Shown here: piece by piece, positions 60,124-64,000 of the stretch
Position numbering within the stretch: the first letter of the stretch is position 1
Layout of the letters: every line of letters begins with the position of its first letter
Assembly (NCBI GenBank): GCA_051294375.1
Contig: CM119267.1
Coordinates: 15,602,105 to 15,666,104 of the forward strand
Length of the DNA: 64,000 bases
From: Paraspadella gotoi
Taxonomy: Eukaryota; Animalia; Chaetognatha
Direction of reading: 5' to 3'
The notes under the pieces: model-generated
Told to the model about the DNA's origin: nothing
The model's input: the letters and a program-made list of their open reading frames with translations, nothing else
Database searches by the model: none
Position numbers and translations under genes: made by a program

Positions 60124-63100
60124 TTACCGAGCTGCGTTTCCCTTAGAAACTTGTCGCATAACTAAGTCAGATCCCCGTAACTTTTTCTCGACCTTCATGG
60201 CTTCGTCGCACTCTTGCCGACCCATGAACTCTACTTCTACCACGGCGACTCCGGATTCGCGACGAATACGAATTCCGCCGCCGACGAGATGCCGGCCGAC
60301 GAAAAAATCCTCGACTTCGGCGGACGTGATGTCTTCCGGCGCAGATTCGATTCTTATGCAACGGAGTTCATCCGTTTCGGAAGAGTCGACATGAGCGGCG
60401 CGGCTATCGGAAGATTCTGTGTTGGTCGAAGTAGTCGTCGTAATTGTAAAAGTAATCGCATCGTCAGAAAGAGTGGTAGAGGTAATCGAACTCGAAATGT
60501 CGGGATTGAGGATTGAGGACGTGGAGGTCGAGTTCGAAGGAAGTTTCGAAGGAATGGATCGATTTTCGGGGTTAACGACGGCCACTGGCCTCTTGGGTTC
60601 CACACCCTCTAACAAAGGCCGAACTTCGACAATATTTTTAGAGGTCTTGGAAAATGAGTTAGAAAGGGCCGTAGCCCCGGAACGACCCTTTCTGATATCG
60701 AGGATACGCTTATTAACTTCATTTACGGGAACGTCCTCGACGCTCACGCGAAACATGTCGTTCAGCAGACGACCCTCAAAGGTGAAAGCCTTTCGGTAAA
60801 CTTCATGGTCGGACAATTCGGCGAAGGCCCTTCCGTCGGTGGTAGAGCCAGGAGGAAAGACGATCCGAACCTGGGATGGTTTGATCCCAATTTGGGCGAA
60901 GAACTGATTAAGGTGTTGTTGAGCGACGCGAGAGTCCAAGCCGGAAATCATCACCGCGTATTTTCCGTCGCTCCTCGGGCCGACGGGCGTTTTAGGATTG
61001 TGAGGTATGGAGACCACTCTGACCTCATCTTCATCGTCCCCTTCGTCATCGTTATGTCTCCACCTGTCCTTCTCTCGGCTCCCGCTGGATCTGCCGGAAC
61101 GTGCGTTGCTTCTTCGTTCATAAGTAATTTTTCTGTCACGCCGTTCCCGAGAATTTCTGTCGTCACGATAGCGATCGGATTTGAATTTTGGGGAACGAGA
61201 CCTTCTTTCCCTCTTCGGGCTTTTGTCATGAGAACGACGAACGCGAACAAATCTCTCGTTTCTCCGATCGTCTTTATCCCGAACCGAAATTTTTTGTTGT
61301 CTCGTGTCCTGAAAGTCGTACGCAAAGCTTCTCAATTCCAAGGGGAATCCCTCTAAGTATTCCAAGTACCACTTATCGTCGGCGTGTAAGTCCGATTGTA
61401 GCGGTCGCTTAATAGGGACAAAATTACGGTTCTGAACCGACGTCAAGGCATCTTCGTACTGGTAACGGACGATTCGAAAAATTTCCACGACTTTTTTATT
61501 CATCATCTTTCGATCAGAGGCCAGAATTACGGCCAAATCAGATTTTCCCAGGAGTTCGGCGATAAATAGGCTAGACTGGTTCCCCGGTGGTGGGATCAAT
61601 CGATGAATTTCTAAAGGTAGAACGGGGCGAAAAAACTCGAGCAAATCAGCGATTTTAGTGTCCTTAGGAGCATTTGCGATGTGAATGAAAAAGTGTTGCA
61701 GGACTGGAGCGGGAGGTCGTTCTAAAATGTAGTTGTTGCCGCGTTCATAAGCCCGTACGCAATCTTCGAACTGCTTCTCCGTAACACGAAAAATTTTGGT
61801 TGCTCCGACGACGATTCTTGATTCTTTGAGTTCGGCCATGCCCTCGTGTAGACGCGGTTGCGACGCAAACTCAACTAAGATTAGTTCATCGGAAAAGTTT
61901 TTTCTCGAATTCAGAAGGTGTATGCCGTCCTTTAAAGGTTCGACGGCGCCGAGGCAACGACGAACCTCTTTAAAATTCATCCTTGGCGCCGGGTCCTGGA
62001 CGACGCAAATCCATCGAAAGTTAGGCGCTTGGTGAACAGGAGGAGATCCCATAATCCCTGGTTTGTCGCTGAAGACTGGACGGTCGGCGAACCTATCAAG
62101 CGTAAAAGGATCGTCGTGGAGAATTCTTTCCGAATCGGGTTCATGCTGAATCTTTTTTCCAAAGCTCCTCCGATCAGCACAGAACATATCCCTTTTATTG
62201 TGCTCAGTTCTAGAACGCTTTTCAAAAAGTTTTCCCAATAATGGAACTTCCGTCGTTGCCTTCGGAAGATCGCTGAAACAAGACGAAAAATCCCCTTCGA
62301 CCTCTGCGGGTCCAAATCCGTTGTTGTACTCGAAAACGGTTGGCGACTTTTTGTTAGGCTCTCGCTTTTCAATAATCTCGGGTGGCCGATTTATTATTGG
62401 ATCCCTCTCACGAGGTTTGGAATAATTTTGTTGTCCTAAGACCACAGGACGATCCACAGGAAAATTCGAATCGAGTCCATCGCGCCGACTTGAAAACTCG
62501 GAACGATTTAATAACGGTGGTGATTGCATTGCATCGCCGAAAGGACGAAATGGAGGTTGGTCGGAAGAAGTAGACGACGTTTCAAATGCCGAAGGCGGAG
62601 GTCTCTCTATCTGCACGTACGGTAGTCGCAAGCCGAAATGCTTCTCCACGTCATCAAACTGTCGCTGCAAAATTCGAAAAACGTGGACCCGTCGGTTGCG
62701 CCACATTGTCCCAGATTTAGCAAGGACAGTTTTCATGTCACCTTCACTCCGTAGCTCCGCGACAAAGTTTCCATTAATTTTGCCTATGAGGCCGAAACAC
62801 GGGAATATTCCACGGGAACCCTGAATCGCGGGTTTCATGAACTCCACGATCCCGTTAAAGTCGGTGTTCCAGTCCATATTGGTCAGGGCCACGAAAAAAC
62901 CGGTACCAACACCGGAACGCGGTTCAGAGTTTTCCGGTGAAGGTGGTCCTGAATAACGCCTGTCTGCAGACAGAGGCGTTGAGCGGCGATCAAATCTGGA
63001 GTTGTCGGTGGGGTCGACGTCGACGCTTAACTTTTGCGGACTCGTGCGAAAAGGTTTCTCAAACAAGACGTCGAACGGGTTTGATCTTTGCGGAGGAAGC

Positions 63101-63959
63101 AAGGAATCTATCGGGAAGGCTGTATTTGAATACCGCGGAATGTTTGGTGCTGGATGCGGATCGGCAGTCGATCGGGCCACGACGGCTTCAGTAGACAGTT
63201 CACTGCAAAATTGCGCTGGGAAAGAATTTGTCGGTATATAAGACCGACAATTTGCTTCCTCGTTACGACCAGAAAATTTTTGAGCATCAGCTTCGGGCGC
63301 AATAGCTTCATGATTGACATCTTTTGTCGGATCCTCCAGTGAAGCGATTGGGGCGGCGGAAATCGACGTTTTGACGGGCGAGACCGGGAGCATTGATTTG
63401 GGAGGTCGGTCGTGGTGCATTCCAAATGGCAAATCGTTCACCAAGTCTTCCTCCTCCTCCTCGATCTCGTTCCAGCTATCTGCGAGAGGTGGAGGCCGTT
63501 CGCTCCAGTCCGCCTCAGTATTTTGGCCCCGAGACTCCTTGGGGAAGAATTTCGAGGAGAAGTTGGTGTTTGAGACGGGCGGCCCGGAGTCATTATTTCG
63601 AGTGAAGGACAAACTCGATGAATATTCCAACGTAGTATTATTGTGTTCGTAATCTAAAAAAATTAAGAAATCAAAACAATAAAATCTTTCTCAATTACTG
63701 AAAGTAACCACCACAATTTATTCTTACGTGGAACGGTCCAATTGGAGAATAACGGTTCGCAAAATTTGCTTGAAGACCCTTCGAATCTCGTATCAGCGCC
63801 GTCGTTGGTTCCTGCGGTAGTGGAGTCAATGACTCTTCCATCGGCCACGACCTTATCGCTATTTGCTAGAGATATTGGAATGAGACGGTTGGCGCTGTCT
63901 TGCGGATGCTCGTTCACCACCGTAGACATACGAGATGATTTTGAAAGTGACGACGTCAC
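60124..63959 (-). CDS. Multi-RRM RNA-binding protein, RBM12/RBM12B-like (about 5 divergent RRMs plus an RS/RD-rich segment); 5' end may lie outside the window
   Basis: Repeated RRM-like units (e.g. YAVMISGLDSRVAQQHLNQFFAQ..GRAFAELSD; CIRIESAPEDITSAEVEDFF..VEVEFM) and SPKRERRSRSPK. The upstream exon from 63959 joins through a C|GTAAG..TAG|AT intron at about 63654-63727. Confidence 0.7.
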
Positions 63960-64000
63960 CTGTTAAGATTAAGAATATTAATGAATTTTATTTTAATGTA

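Overview
AT-rich, intron-containing eukaryotic genomic DNA. The gene content (SPICE1, CABLES, LZIC, POFUT1, MROH1, VIPAS39) is animal-type, but the taxon cannot be assigned from the sequence. The window holds 20 consecutive, functionally unrelated protein-coding genes, ALL on the minus strand. In transcription order: RBM12-like, CCDC130/YJU2B, ZC3H14, POFUT1, CABLES, a C2H2 zinc finger, LZIC, a UCH-L, a 2231-aa EF-hand/coiled-coil protein, PEX2, GUF1, beta-hexosaminidase, PDRG1, PCCA, SPICE1, MROH1, FAU, COG4, VIPAS39 and an RS-rich ORF running off the window. Stop-to-ATG spacers are 73-763 nt (median about 204). Most carry a donor-less polypyrimidine/AG acceptor just upstream of the next ATG, and about half lack AATAAA. 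This points to a very long (>=64 kb, >=20 gene) polycistronic unit resolved by spliced-leader trans-splicing; that is an inference and needs RNA data. Transposons are confined to introns. The 8-kb COG4 intron 3 resolves into a five-element nest: a long-TIR Tc1-like element, a Gypsy-like LTR element with non-gag/pol cargo, a second Tc1, a solo LTR and a tRNA-derived SINE. A hAT MITE, a second SINE copy and a Helentron-like element lie in other introns. Exon boundaries and family assignments were made by eye and from recalled family motifs, without database searches.
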